A DNA stretch of 63,555 nucleotides, the filler included, from Reticulomyxa filosa (taxonomy: Eukaryota > Protista > Foraminifera): assembly GCA_000512085.1 (NCBI GenBank). It is 17 parts of 17 records of this genome, joined end to end, with 100 filler letters (N's around TTAATTAATTAA, not from the genome) between each part and the next. Parts side by side here need not be neighbours in the genome. Positions count along the whole stretch, not along the records: positions 19,347 to 30,018 come from ASPP01015777.1; positions 30,119 to 39,744 come from ASPP01024057.1; 15 more parts are not named here. One strand, written 5' to 3'. Shown here one piece after another: positions 25,616 through 39,644 of the stretch (positions are counted from its first letter, which is position 1; each line of letters begins with the position of its first letter). The translations under genes and the position numbers were made by a program. The notes under the pieces were generated by a model. That model was not told where the DNA came from, did not search any database, and was given only the letters and a program-made list of their open reading frames with translations.

Positions 25616-27472
25616 TCCGAGTGTATTTATCACAGTAAATTCATAATGCAAGGGATATTTTTATTACAAGTGCAGCTGCTGTTTTGTTTTTTATTTGCAA
25701 TATTCCAAAGTAAATGCATGAAGGTTGTTCGAGTGCAAGAGTGTCTAAAAAAGCAGAAAATAATTGTACTTAAGGCTTCTTTTTTCCAAATCGAGAAAAA
25801 TACATTTTCGAAATTCGTCACTCATCCTATGTGTATTGAGTTCTTTTTTTACGTACCAGGCAAGTTTCTCTTCGTCAACATCTACGTTTCAGAGTGTAAT
25901 CGTCCGCTTGTGCCTTGCAGTTTTTACAAAAAATTATCCCTATTTTTGACAGTAAGTCACAGAATCAAATATTATAGTTATTTGGTTATAGTTTAGATTT
26001 AGATTTTTCATTATGATAATTTTTTTTGCTTGTTTTTTTCATACGTGCTAAAATGGTCACAACGAACATAAAATAATTCAATTCGAATATGTAATACAAT
26101 CGCAGTCTTGAATATGGTTTAGTCAAAAAATATTATAAACTCAACTCAGTCTAGATTTGAACCTTATTTGAAAAATAAATATCAGTGTCAAAAGTTTATT
26201 GAATAATTTTCTGATTTAAAATTGTTGGAAACTCAACTAATATTACAAAGCGCAAAAAGGAAGGAAATTATACATTAAAGCAATTTCCAACTATTGCGTT
26301 ACCGTTTGGAAAATAATCAAAAATAGTATTTATGTAAATATACAAATAAAACTATAACGAAATTTACGAACAGAAATAGGTGAATATTATTGTAAGTTAT
26401 TTGAGTATTAGACTTCATTATCAATTACAAAAAACAGTAAGTTACTTGTATGTTTCAATCAAGACTTTAATAATCAAACACTAGCAAAAATTGTTGAAAC
26501 AATAAATGAACCAACAGTTAATAAAGACATTACATGTTATATTTTTGACAACGAATACAATCAAAAAGAAGAGTTTTTAAGTGTATTAGACCAGATGAAA
26601 ACATTTGCTATATCAAGGTAGAACTTGTAGATGAAGTGCATAACATCAAAATAATTTATCGATCTTTGAAATCACAATTTTTTAGCCACATTTATTACAA
26701 TTCGGTCGAACAAGCTAGAAAAAAAAAAGAAAAGTTACTCATTAGTTTTGTGCAAGCAACAATTATCAGCCAAACAAGTAAAACACAACAAAATCAGATG
26801 TTAATGTTGTTAAAAATGCTCTTATTTTACAAGAGGACAAGTCTAAATGAAAATAATTCGAAGAAAAGCAATCAATTGAAAATATTGAAAAAGCAAACAT
26901 GCCAAATCAAAAAGGAAAGCAAAATGGGTAAACATAACAATCATTTGAATGAAAAATTTAGAAAAAATTTCAACTATCAAAAGAAAATAAACGGAGAAAT
27001 ATAATTATTTGATATATTATGTTACATTAATTTGCATTAGCTAGCGTTTATTACAATAAAAGTTATATTTAGTGCTTATCTAAATATCATAATCATGATT
27101 ACATTCTATTTGAAGAAAAGATATTCGAACATTTCCTGATAGAATATTTGCTTTATTAAGAATTGTGGATATTAATGTTTTCTTCAATTATTTTTTTGTG
27201 TACAGTTTTATCTTTTTAAGATTTTGTGTGATTCTTTCTTTTGTTTTGATTAATGTGCTCTTTTTTATAACGAGTTACTCATTAACTTTAAATTTTTGTT
27301 CATCTGGTTTAATTATCTGAATCATATTTGTAAGTAGTATATTAACTTATTTGAATGCACTTAAAACAGTATCTCTGCGAAGAAAAATTACAATAAAAAC
27401 AAAGATATTGTCTCAAATTATTGTAATTTATACTAACTTGAAAATGGTAAGTAATTCTTTTTTGTACAGTAG

Positions 27473-29566
27473 TCACTCATAAACAATGCCAGGAATTTGT
27501 CTCAATTTTTCGGGGTTCAAATCGCCAATATGTGTTCTCCATTGTGCACCGATGAGTTTTTCATAACTACTAATCAATGTCCTTGTTTGCAACGGATCCT
27601 GTAATAGTCTTTGCCATATCCCTTCAGGTAATTTGTCTTTGGCAGATTTGGAAAGCGTTGATTCGTCACGTGCCAAATTCAGATGTTTTTTTTGCAAGTT
27701 TAAAGTTTTGCTTGATCCCGGGATATCTGTTATTTCCCGACGCGTAAATTTCAGCCAATCGAAAATAGCAATCCACATACCCTCCTTTTGCAGCTGTGTC
27801 TAGCCACAACAGTGCCTCTGGCATATTTTGCTCCATTAACACTTGACCAGTTTTTTTATCAGTATACCCATAGGCATAAATCATGCCTAACTCACGATGT
27901 GCCCGTTTATGTCCGCTGTTTGCTGCCTTTAACAGCCAAAAAACCGCTTTGTAGATGTTTGATTCGACTTTTGGTGCTCCTTTTGCCATTACAACAAAAC
28001 AAAAAAATCAGTGACTTGGCGTCAATATATTTGCGTTTTCTTACATTTAAAAAAACAAACCAACATGATAAATATGCCCCAAATTACATTGAGCATCGAC
28101 ATCTCCTAAAATGGCCGCTTGTTCAAAGAAAGGTAAGGCCTGAATAAAGGAGTTCTGCAAACAATACATGCGACCCGCAATCGTCGCAGCTTCAATGACA
28201 AATTGTGGATTGTACACCTTTTTTTTAAGTTTTTCGGCTCCTCTGCCTGCGGCTTGCTCACTCAATCGCAACGCAATGAAATAGTCTTTTTCAAGTTTGA
28301 ATTCTTTGTCTTCTCCACGAGGATTACCTTGCACTCCTTTTTCATACATTTCTGCCAAATAACATTGGCCTTGGGCATTACCTTTTTTTTTTTTTTAATT
28401 GACAATAAAAAATGTTGCTTTTGTGTCATCAAAAAAAAAAAAAAAAAAAGCACTTCAAACCGAGTCTGGAAGATTCATTGAGCAAGTCATAAGCACGACG
28501 GAGATTTTTTTTTAATCCATATCCTCGCATATACATGGACCCCAAGAATGCTCTCGCTTCGACGCAACCTTGGGCGCCGCTGCGAACAAAATAATAAACT
28601 GCAGATGTGTGACTTCGTTCCACGCCATATCCCAACATGTGCTGCTTTCCCAATTGCACTGTCAACACCCCCGTTCACTTCGTGCTCATATTCCAATGCT
28701 CGCCAATGTTTATTTGCAAATAAAATGAATACATAAAACAGAAACTTACATTGGGCCGTTGCGTGTTCCAACTGGGCACTCAATGCCAAAAAGATAGCTG
28801 CAATTCGATTTTGTGTTCTTACGGAACTGTTTTGAGCCCATTCAACTGAACTGATTGAAATATCATAAAAGATCATTCCCAATTCATACAATTCATTTTT
28901 TGTCAACGCATTGACCGTACAAAGCGCATCTTGTCGAAGCGCAGATAACAGCAATTCGTCCGACTTTTCATTCACAATTTCTCGGTACGATGCTTTGATC
29001 TGTTCCTTTTCTTTGTCTTTGTCTTGCTTTGCACTTGATTCATTGCTTTTGGCTTCGGACTTTGTGTCAGAGAGATCAACCTTGTTCACATCTTTGTGGA
29101 CAAATTCTCGGAAATAGCAATTCAATATGTCGTCGTCAATGCAAAAATATTTCGACAACAGTTGCTCACTGTACTTGTTCAAAACTTGGACCATTTCGGT
29201 TGCATTTGGCCTGGCTTTAATCAGTGCAATATATTCCTCCAATTCCTTGTACCCCACTCGCGGTAATAATGGGAGAGAATATTCCTTTGTCAATTCGTTC
29301 AAGACGGCTGGAGGTATTTCAATGTCTGTAAACTCTTGTTCTGGAATGTTTTCGCGTGTCAACAAATCTCGCAAATTTACCTCAAAGCGTTGACGAGGGG
29401 ACACGTCCGGTTTCTTCATTGCATTTTCAGACAACTGGTCTTTTGAAGTGCACATGCCCCTCATTTTGAATGTGCTCAGCCAGCAAAGAGACGGACGCAA
29501 TCGCAATCCATTCGAAACTCCATTCCAAAGTCGTCTGTTGCGATTTGTTTGTAATAAGATTTTCAT
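27473..29566 (-). CDS. Sel1-like repeat protein with putative mitochondrial presequence (multi-exon)
   Basis: Several Sel1 repeats (LGKQHMLGYGVERSHTSAVYYFVRSGAQG, ARAFLGSMYMRGYGLKKN, AQCNLGHIY, AHRELGMIYAYG). The N-terminus MKILLQTNRNRRLWNGVSNGLRLRP is Arg-rich and acid-free. Confidence 0.85.
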
Positions 29567-30118
29567 TATAAAAAAAACTATACTGAATTTGAACGTTTCC
29601 CTTTTTCTGGTGTAGTTTAGTTGACTCAAAATTGCATTTTTCAGTTTAAAGTAATGTTACAAATGCGAATAAGAATTCACTTTACTTAAAAAAATATGTG
29701 CAAAAGTTCTGTTGGATATAGTTATCAAGTTTATTTTTAAAAGAAAAAAATCAAAACAAAAACTAACTTAAAATATAATTTGATCAATATATTACATAGT
29801 ACTGTCAGCCAAAACTGAAGCTGTACAAAGCAATTTCATCAATATTGAAACTTAAATAACAACGTTTTATTCAGATTTTCGTAAAGTATAAATGATAGTT
29901 TCTAAAATTCATGTTCGTTTTCTAACATATGACGACAAAATTTGAAATGTGCAAAAAGTAATTCAAAAATATCACGTCCCAAAAGGAACACAGTACTATA
30001 ATAAAAACAAACAAAAAGNNNNNNNNNNNNNNNNNNNNNNNNNNNNNNNNNNNNNNNNNNNNTTAATTAATTAANNNNNNNNNNNNNNNNNNNNNNNNNN
30101 NNNNNNNNNNNNNNNNNN

Positions 30119-31432
30119 CCATCTTCGTTGTGGTATACCGCCCAATCGCCAAATACCTGTACACACACACACACACACACACGCACACATATCATCGCAG
30201 ATATTTCATTTCGTTATTTTTCTCAACAAACCCTGCTTCCATATTATGTATTTGTATATGTGCATATATGTGTATATGTATGCATATGTATATATATATA
30301 TATATATACATATATATGTGTAACTGGTTGCGTAGATTGCTGATGTGTGGTAGTAGTGGAGCTACCTTCGCGTCCCGATTTATCACGCTGAAGAGAGGAA
30401 GACAATGACGAAGGTTGTGCATTTGAGTGACTATGGCCAGAAGCTGTTGCTGTTGTAGCTGTCGTTATCGGTAGAGATGTGCTTGCTTCCTTGAGTTGAA
30501 TCAGCTGCACCTGTGGTTGCATGGCATCCATTATTTTTCTTTGTTCAATCATCTGCTGTGCAGCTTGCCTTTGAAGTGTGGCGCCAAGGATCGTGGAGCG
30601 GTTCAAATGAAGCGTGTTCAGCGCCGCCATGTTCATGTTCATGTTCATGTTCATATTCAAAGTATTCATATTCGTGTTGGTGTTCATATGCATGCCTATG
30701 GATGATAGGTTATCTCCGACAATATTGGTCGAATTGGTTGGCGTCGCCCCTGGAATCTTGAAGGACATTTGCGTAAAAGGTCGAGTCAATGTCGACGTCT
30801 CGGCTGTGGCTGGGACGGAGGACATGAGCATTGGGATCGGCACTGGCATTGACATTGGCATGGACATGGAAAGAGGGACGGACACGGACACTGACAATGG
30901 GACAGACACTTTGCGATTAACATTCTCTCCTGCTTTGAGCAAATGCGTGCTGGCGGATAGCGACGGGGTTGTCGCCATTGTCGATGTCGTGGAAGTGCCA
31001 GCGGTGGTAGTAGTGGTCGTCGCTGTCGTTGCTGTCGTTGCTGTTGTTCCTGTTGTTCCTGTTGTTCCTGTTGCTCCTGTTGTTCCTGTTGTTGTCGTCG
31101 TAGGAGTTGCTCGCGACAGCAAGGGTCCCCCTGCCCCGATAAGTCTCGCTTCAATCACACGGTTGGCGTGGCTGGGACCGGGATAATGTGTATCGCTGCA
31201 AACGGATGATAATGCTCGGGGCATGTCACTGTGCGAAGGCAGCAGTCCTTGGTGTAATGTCTCTGGCGCCTTCAGCAGAATCGTTTTCAAAGGCGGCTTT
31301 TCGACATTTGCTGTAAAATTGGCCCTCGGGTCTATATTTATCATTGTCGTCATTTCATTACCTGTCGCTAATTTCTTTCGATTCAAATTGCCCAAGTTGC
31401 TCACATAACTGTCAATGTTATTGTTATTATTA

Positions 31433-31482
<50 letters not shown>

Positions 31483-32445
31483 GACGCTATTATTGTTGAA
31501 AGTATCGTTATTGTCATTATTGTTATTATGATTATTGTGATTATTATTATTATTATTATTATTATTATTGTTATTGTTATTGTTATGGCTATAATTGTTA
31601 TTATTGTGACTGCCTTGCATACTGTGCTTTGCTTCAAAATGTCCATCCAAATGCTCCAGCGTGTGTGTTGGGTCCTGCACGTGCACAAGTGTGCGCTGCA
31701 CGTGTGGGTGTGTGCGTATGTGCAGGTGCGGTCGTATGTGTGCGTGTGCGTGCGCGTGCGAAGAAGACATTGGAAAGGGTGTATTGGGGAAAGAAGATGT
31801 GGACGGCAGGGACGACGCGGATGAGGAGGACAACGACGATGGCGGCGGAGGGTGGAATGACATTGGATGGATATCTCGATGCATACTTTCAAATGTCGTT
31901 CCGTGAGATAAACCTCCATTGTAATTCATAGTGTTTGGAAAGGGTCGCAAGTGTGAAGGGGGAGGAGCTGGTGGGCCGAGTCTTACTGTGGTGAGTGATT
32001 GACGTGATGACTGAGGCGGAGGCGGGGGTGGAAGAAATCCGGACATTGGATGATGTGGGTGTGGAATGCTCGGCTGAGAATGTTGTTGTGCCCAAGGGGG
32101 TAATGAAAGTGGATTGGATCGAAGTGGGACAATGTCTTGTCTTATGAGTGACGGAGGAGGGGGTTGCAGTGGCAACACATTCATTGAAACATCTCCTGGA
32201 TAAGATGGTCTTGTCGCCTTTTCTTCTAAATGAACTAATATGCGATCTCTCTCCCTTTCATACATTGGCTGCGTATGAGTCACATACTCTCTTGTTTCTC
32301 GGTCCTCTCGAATACCATATATACCCCTGACAGGAAAAACTGAGGACTGCAAATGTGGTTGTGGATGAGGTGGTGGATGGCGTTGCACATACGGAAGAGG
32401 GGGCTGGTACGAATGTGGTGGATAATGGTACTGTTGAGAAGGCAT
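30119..32445 (-). CDS. Large low-complexity (Pro/His/Asn/Thr-rich) protein with start of a WW domain; 3' truncated
   Basis: A >700-codon ORF. The next exon at ~30157-30119 reads VFGDWAVYHNEDG, the first strand of a WW domain. Confidence 0.7.
31417..31606. repeat. (ATT/GTT)n coding microsatellite encoding poly-Asn
   Basis: Trinucleotide runs read as NNNN on the minus strand. Confidence 0.9.
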
Positions 32446-33188
32446 TGTCGCTGTTAATAGATGAATAGGCTTTTTTTAAAAAGAATTTTTGTAAAGCACA
32501 GGGCACAACCAAATTCGAACTCGCTTTGTACAAAAAAACTGCAAAGCAAAAACAAAGAACTAAAAATAACAATTGTCGTCGTATATTTATACTCTACATC
32601 TCAATAGCATTACCAAAAACTAGGAAACTCAATGTGGTAAACACTTGTTGTTGCGTACGTTACCTGGACTATTTAAACCTTGGTAAGTTGTTCATGTAAA
32701 ATTAAAGTGTTAGATCAACATTTTATTGTCATAGTTTATAATGTCCTAAAACTCATGTGAAGGCACGAAAAATAACCACATTTTTATTAAATATTCGATG
32801 AAGTTTTTTTTGGTTAGTAAATTTTTGACAAAATTATATTTTGTGTACGATGATATTCTTATCTTTTTGACAAACTTGCACTAGGTCCATAGATAGAAAA
32901 TTCTCAAATATCTTGATGAAAAAAGTTTTAAAGAAACTTGCGCAAATTATTTCCGCTTTTGCGAGAAATAAATCCAAAATTTCTGGATTTTTCTTGATTG
33001 TGAACGCACCATAAAAAAATTTTGGTTTGAAGCAGAAGCAACAACAAACAAGTTACACAGCTCAAAACTGTCAATGTAACAAACAAAACAAACAAAAAGT
33101 CGAATAAGGCCTTTGCTCTCAGCCAAGCACCGAGCTGAAAGTGCTTTTGTGATAAATTATTTTGTTTAAAAGGAGCGGCGGGTGGTGA

Positions 33189-34527
33189 TTAATCGGTAAC
33201 ACCATAACGTAATCGAATGTATTCTCCTTTGAATAAATCAAAGCCAGCAAGAGTACCGGCACCAGCCATACCTCTCAAAATGTTCGCACCAGCACCTTTA
33301 AACAGGGATCCAACACCTTCATTCTGTTTATTTGACAATTAATAATGTAAAATTTTTAGTTTCTTAAAAATTTTAAAAAAAGAATTTTAACTTTGATGAT
33401 TTTGACAGTGCAATCAATTGATCCCTTGTATTTTTCTTTGGCACCAGAAGTCATCATCATGCGTCTTCGAATAGTGTCCAAAGGATAAGAAGCCAAACCA
33501 GCGGTAACTGTGAGAGTATTTGCGCATTTGTAATGGTAAACCCTCGGATAAGGATTCAACAGAGTGAGAAAAATGAGCACAACACACCTGTGACAGCATA
33601 TCCAAGTAAAAAGGATACAGCGAAACCAACATCTTTTCCCATCATTGGTTTTGCTGTGTCGTACAATCCAAAGTAAAATCCTCGATAAACCACAATACCG
33701 ACACATGACACAACAAATCCACGATATAAACCAGCAATGCCGTCAGATTTAAATGTTTTGCGATACACATCAACTAAGCCATTGAATTCTCGTTCTCCAC
33801 CTCCCTTTTTTGAGGATTTTGTGTCATTGGCCAAACCTATAAAGTTTTTTGTGTACGTAAGAAAAAAGGGGCAAAAATGAAACAAAAAAACGAAAGAATG
33901 AAAAGGGTATCATCCGGAGAAAAACTTAACGAGTTCGCGCATAATCCAAAGAATAGACGAAAAATAAGGAAAGTGCACCAGCAGTCCCACCGGAGGCGAC
34001 ATTTTTTGCAAAAAGTACTGAGTTGCTGTCTTGCTTTGATGTGGCAAACCAGATTTTTATTCTATCCCGAAATTATTGTTTTATGTTTATGCTTTGCAAT
34101 GATTAAACTGTTTTTGAGCAAAATAGACAAAATTCAAACCTTTCTTTGAACATGAAGTTCAATGCTTGTGTCGGGAAGTATCGCAAACAGTTTGCTAAGT
34201 TACCACGCCACAATGGCATGACACCTTCCTCTTGGATGACTCGGCGAAAACAATCAACAGGTCCTTTGTAACGTTCTTTCAATGTTCCGGCTTTGATCAT
34301 CTCATCCTGTTCATTACGTTGTGCAGATTAAAAATCGGATTAATACTGACAATAAAAAAAAATTTTATTTTGTGGTTCACACTAACTTGGTTCTGCACCA
34401 TCAATTTCACTCTTTCAATTGGAGCTGCCACAGTTTTGGAAATCACAGCTGCTGCGCCAGACAAAGCAAAATCTTCGACTGGGTTTAATTTCACTTTGAA
34501 TTGTTTTGGTTGATATCCTTCACCCAT
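33189..34527 (-). CDS. AAC: Mitochondrial ADP/ATP carrier (multi-exon)
   Basis: [54 protein letters not shown] (ANT signature) and [11 protein letters not shown]. Confidence 0.97.
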
Positions 34528-37500
34528 GTTTACTTAATGGTTTTCAGCGAGTATACAAAAATGAGCAAAAGAGTTCCACCAATGGCAAGAAAAAGACCAG
34601 GAACTTTGAAATTAAAGAAGATAGCCGTCACCTTTTCGGCTCTTGTGTTCAAGTGTTTTTAACCGTCTTTTTCACTGTACAATTTTAGGGGAGAGGCAAA
34701 AATCAGTCATGAAAAGAACAACACGTTCTCCAATATTCAAACAAAGTTCGGCAAGTAAAATTTTTTGCGAGATTAATTTCTAAAAGTTTTCTCTCTGAAT
34801 TACTTTTTATCATTTTTTTTTGCCATTGTTCTTTTTTATCAAATGGATGAATATAAATGTGTGAGCTTATCTTGAATAATTATATATTTCGATTTTGACA
34901 AAACTTATATTTCGACATTCTTCGAGACTTGTACAATGAAATATTCGGAATGTATTGATGAGCTAATTTGCACAAGAAGACAAAAAACACAAGATCGTAT
35001 CTCAAGTAATAAAAAACGCCAAGGTTGACCAATCGATTCAATCCTTACAATGTTTGAATGCAAAAATTATTTATGTTGCAGAAAGACGTTTGAAAATTTT
35101 AGAGGAAACAAGCTGGTTGAACAGTTTAAATAAAAAAGGAACCGTTCACATTTACGATTGACTAGAAAAAACAAAATCGACATGCAAAACTCATGCATTG
35201 AACAGTCAAAAAGATCATTAGTACGCATTGGTAAAAAGGCAAGTGATAACAGTAGTGGAATTCTTGGACGCAAACTTAAAATAGTATGCACTTGAACGTA
35301 CGATTTCATCGTGTCATCGATTATAGACTGTGGTGGCTATGATATCGTATTTGCAAACTCAGTCAAACTTTCAATCTCGTTGCAGCATATCCAACACAAC
35401 ATCTTTTCACTATATGTAGGAAGTCTACATTGAATAGCTTCACTAAATGTAATACGAAATAGTGTTACTATCAATGATAGTGACTTTCAGTAAATAAAAG
35501 TAAATTAAAGAATAAATCAAAGACAAAAGAAGTAAAAGAGAAAACAAGTAAGAGGTAGTTTGTTGAGGAGGTTTAACCCAAAGGGAGCTCCTCAGTTCAA
35601 TAAGCGTTCAGCCATGTGTGATAAGGGCTTGGCCTACATGTATTTCTTTTTCGATTGAATCAGACCATTTGACATCTTGCACTGCATATAGTAGGTAACA
35701 CGCTTAATGTGTTTTTCTTGGAAATCACTTTGTTGTGCTGTTCATTTTATAAATGCAACACGTTGGAATTGCGCATCGCAAGTCAACGACTTTTTTTTGA
35801 TGTTCTAAACACAATATGCTAAAAATTGCAAAACTCTTCATCCAAAAAATTATTAATGATGATCTTGGAGATCAATAGTATGGATTTATCCTTTGGACGA
35901 AGAGGTACGCGCTTTACATTCGAAGTGTGTTGATGCAAGCACATTTATCAATAAATTGCATTATAATACAGACATCATCTTTCTCATTTATACTTGATGT
36001 AGTATCATGGCAATATGAATTTTATAAATTACACATTAACTTGAAATGGTCAATATCTACAACTTTCATCTTTTTCTTCGATGGTGTAGACTATTTTTTG
36101 AAGACGACAAGATCGCGCATGTACCTTTCGAGATTTCAACGACAAAAATCAGTAAGCATATAACAAATTGCAATTTGTAGATTATGTTGTATCATAACCC
36201 CGATGCGAACATAATGAATCTATTAATATTGTTCATGTTGACTTATCCACTTTTAATGACAATGCCAAGTACACATATGCTATTACATTTCAATAGTAGC
36301 TGGAAGATCATTAATCAAAGCACATTTGGATTAGACTATCTTGGAAATAAAAATAAATGTTTTTTCCGTTTGTAAAGATACTAAATTTGAATATTTCAAA
36401 TCAAACAACAATATTCAATTGATCCAACAAGTATTTGATATTTAAATCACAACAAAAAAGCAATATAGTATGCGTTCATATAGTTGATGAAATTTTCGTC
36501 AATAAACCATAATTTTTCAATTGACAAGGTTTTTGACAGTCAAACACCAACAGTTTGCAACAATGGCAAAGATGATGAAAGCAGTCCTAACTTCATCATA
36601 TGATACCACTACATAATATCGATTGCAATGATCAATAAAAAATTAGAATTAATTATAATGTCAGTGTTATTGAAAAAATTACATGTCAACTGTGTCGAAT
36701 AAAACTTTATTCTACGTATGGACGATTTTGCAAAAATGATAGATGTTAGTCATATATCTTAGTTTGTTTCAAATTATATATTTTTTATACAAGAACGAAA
36801 CAGACATATTCTTTTATTGTGAAAGTCATAGATTATTTTAGTCTTTATACGACACTTATACAACAATAAGAACTGTAATAAGTAAAAAAAGTTGTTGTTG
36901 TTTCAATCATTTTGAAAACTGACATATAATTGAGTTTTCGCAAATGGAAAGGAGTTATTGAGTCGAAATTGCGAGAACTCACAGAGTTCTACAAACGTGT
37001 GTTTTTGGTTTATCTTTTGAAATAATTATTTTGTCTAATTTTCATTAGATTATCTTTTTAGTTTGTTTTGTAATATTATGTAAGGTGAATGTTCTATTTA
37101 TCATGATAAACTATACACTATAATAGAAAACATACATAGTATATTGTATTGTGGTAATAAACATTGTATAATTTGGATGAAAGCATAAAACTAATCCATT
37201 TGATTGATATATATATATAATCAATTATCCAAATCGAAATCGCGCATTCGCATATTCTTTTAAAATGAAAGATTTTTTTTTAATTTTTTTAAGAACATAA
37301 ACTCAACAGTGTATTTCAGATTTTGCAACTTACTAAAATTCCTTAATTTGAAGTACTATTTATTGAATTGATATCAAATGTTGCAATCTTTCTCCGACGA
37401 TTTCATAACATGAAAACGATAATTTTTTTTCTGAGCATAATTGACTTAATTCGTTTTGTTATTATTTGAGAATCTATACATTATCAATAAAATAATTTTA

Positions 37501-38350
37501 AAAAATACATTAAATTCAACTTTTCTTTATCATCTTTTTTTATAATAATTTTATTCTTTTTTAATATTTTTTTCACTAATATTCATATTTAATTCTTTTT
37601 TCCACACTACAAGCACACTAAACTACAACTTGTGCTACGTTTTTTGAAAATACATTGTGTGATTGCTTGTAATACAACAAGCTTTTTTTAATTAAAAACA
37701 AAATAAAACGTACTAGATGTTGTTGATGTGAATATGTGATTATATCCAACTGCACTCTCAAACAAATAGTTGATCAAAAAAAGTTCAAAACTTTTTTTAT
37801 GTGAAACGGCGTAATAGTTGTTCACAACTGTTGAGACAGGACAACAGCAAAAAAGTAAATTTCTGCAAATTTGATAATTTTGATACTTAAAAAAACTTTT
37901 GAACAATCTCCTAGGTACTATGTATTTAGCCAAAGAGTTGTTTCTTTGGCAAGAGTTGGATGAGAATGAGTTGATTATTCAAAAAAGATAAAATAAAATG
38001 CAAACACAAAACAAAGTCTCCAGAGCACACCTCAGATAAAAATCTACACTCCAATGCGAAAGAAACATTTTTTTTTCCTCTTGTTTCACACACAAAAAAA
38101 CAAAACAAAACAAAAACAAAAAACAAAAAAATTAAAAGAAAGAGAAAAAAACACAATAGCGACATCCTATGTGGATTTTTGGAAAAATAACAACAACAAA
38201 AAGTAATTTGTTTTTTGTTTTGTTTGATTACTGAGGTTCGAACACAAGGGATAAGCCTAACAAAACAAAGAAACTTTGACATTGTTTTTTTTTTTTATTT
38301 TTATTAATTTTATTTTGTTGAAGACATTTCGGATTGTAAGTGAAGAGGAT

Positions 38351-39294
38351 TTACTCAGTTGTGGACTCAATTGTTTGGCTTTGTGCCTGGTCTGAGCTTT
38401 CAGTGATGGTATTTTGTTGCACTGTTGTCTCATTGGTGTCCTCGGAGTGAACTGCATTCACTGTAAATTCACCTTTTGAAACATTTTCATTGACTGGCTC
38501 CTTTTTGTTTGTTTGTTTGTTTCATTTATTTTTGTGGCGTGATGAGAAAGAGAGAAAACACACTAAACACACTTGTTCATGTTGTTGGTGAGTATCAAAG
38601 TGATCTTGATTTTCACTCATTTGAGCGACCTGATCAATATCATTTGTTTTGCTAGTAGTTTCACTTTGCTGTTGGGTACTAATATCTTGAGGTAATCCAA
38701 AGTCACTGTCATCCAACCTCGGCAATTGAAAAGGGGTAGGTTGGTGAGTTCTCGTGTATTCAGTAGTATCTTCTTCTTCTTCATTGCTAGTTGTCTCGGA
38801 CGGGTATGCGGCAACAGGGTTGTGTGTGGACTCTTGACTCGCCTCCACAGTTGCGTGTGCTTGCAAAGGTACACTACCAGTTTGTTCCACATGTTGTGTG
38901 GTGGGTTCTTCTTTGCGATCAATTTCCTCCTGTTTTGTTTCCTTCACATCATTTGATGATACTTCGGTGGCAGAAGAGGGGTTGCTTTTGTCCGTTTCCT
39001 TTGTTTCATTGTTGTCTTTATCGTTATTACCATTATTGTCATTGGTATTCACTACCTCTCTTTCTCCTCCTCCTTTTCCTGTGGCCACCTCTTTCTCCGT
39101 TTCCGGACGGTCTTCTGATGTCGAATCTGCTCCTGAATCGTCCGAAGACTCGGAGTCCAACGGTTTGGGGGCAGTATCTGCAACTGTGCTATCGACTTGT
39201 TGTTGCCGTTGAAGGAAGATTTCAACTGATCGCACGATTATATGTTTTGTGAACAAAATAAAACTCATTGTTATATGTTCATATAAATAAATAA

Positions 39295-39330
<36 letters not shown>

Positions 39331-39644
39331 GTATATGTATATGTATATATAATTTTATTTTTTTTGTATTGTTACACAAAGACATGCTTTCAGTGTCACT
39401 GGAAAAGAATCTCATGACTTCAATATCTTCCTTTTCATTTTTTAATTTTTTGACGCACTCTTTGACGTCCTCTCGATTGACATATTTTTCATTTTTCAAG
39501 AGATCAGTCGACAAAAATCTCGCCAGAGCAAATCGTACGTTAGAAATGCGGTCGTCTGCATAGGTCAGCAACTTTGGCAAGAAGCGCTGATTAAACAAAT
39601 CCGTCGAGACTCTTGAAGAACATATTTCACACAACTTCACATAC
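38351..39644 (-). CDS. HEAT-repeat phosphatase regulatory subunit, PP4R1-like, C-terminal part with long acidic tail
   Basis: FLPKLLTYADDRISNVRFALAR...VKKLKNEKEDIEVMRFFS resembles the last HEAT repeats of PP4R1/PP2A-A (L..LA.DRVPNVR). Confidence 0.7.

Noticed and set aside
26400-27004. Lys/Asn/Gln-rich 122-aa ORF
   Set aside because: A-rich composition explains it. At most an unidentifiable decayed fragment.
30496-31931. Many overlapping antisense/alternate-frame ORFs (poly-Ile, poly-Val, QEQQEQ)
   Set aside because: Shadow ORFs of the low-complexity minus-strand gene and its microsatellites.
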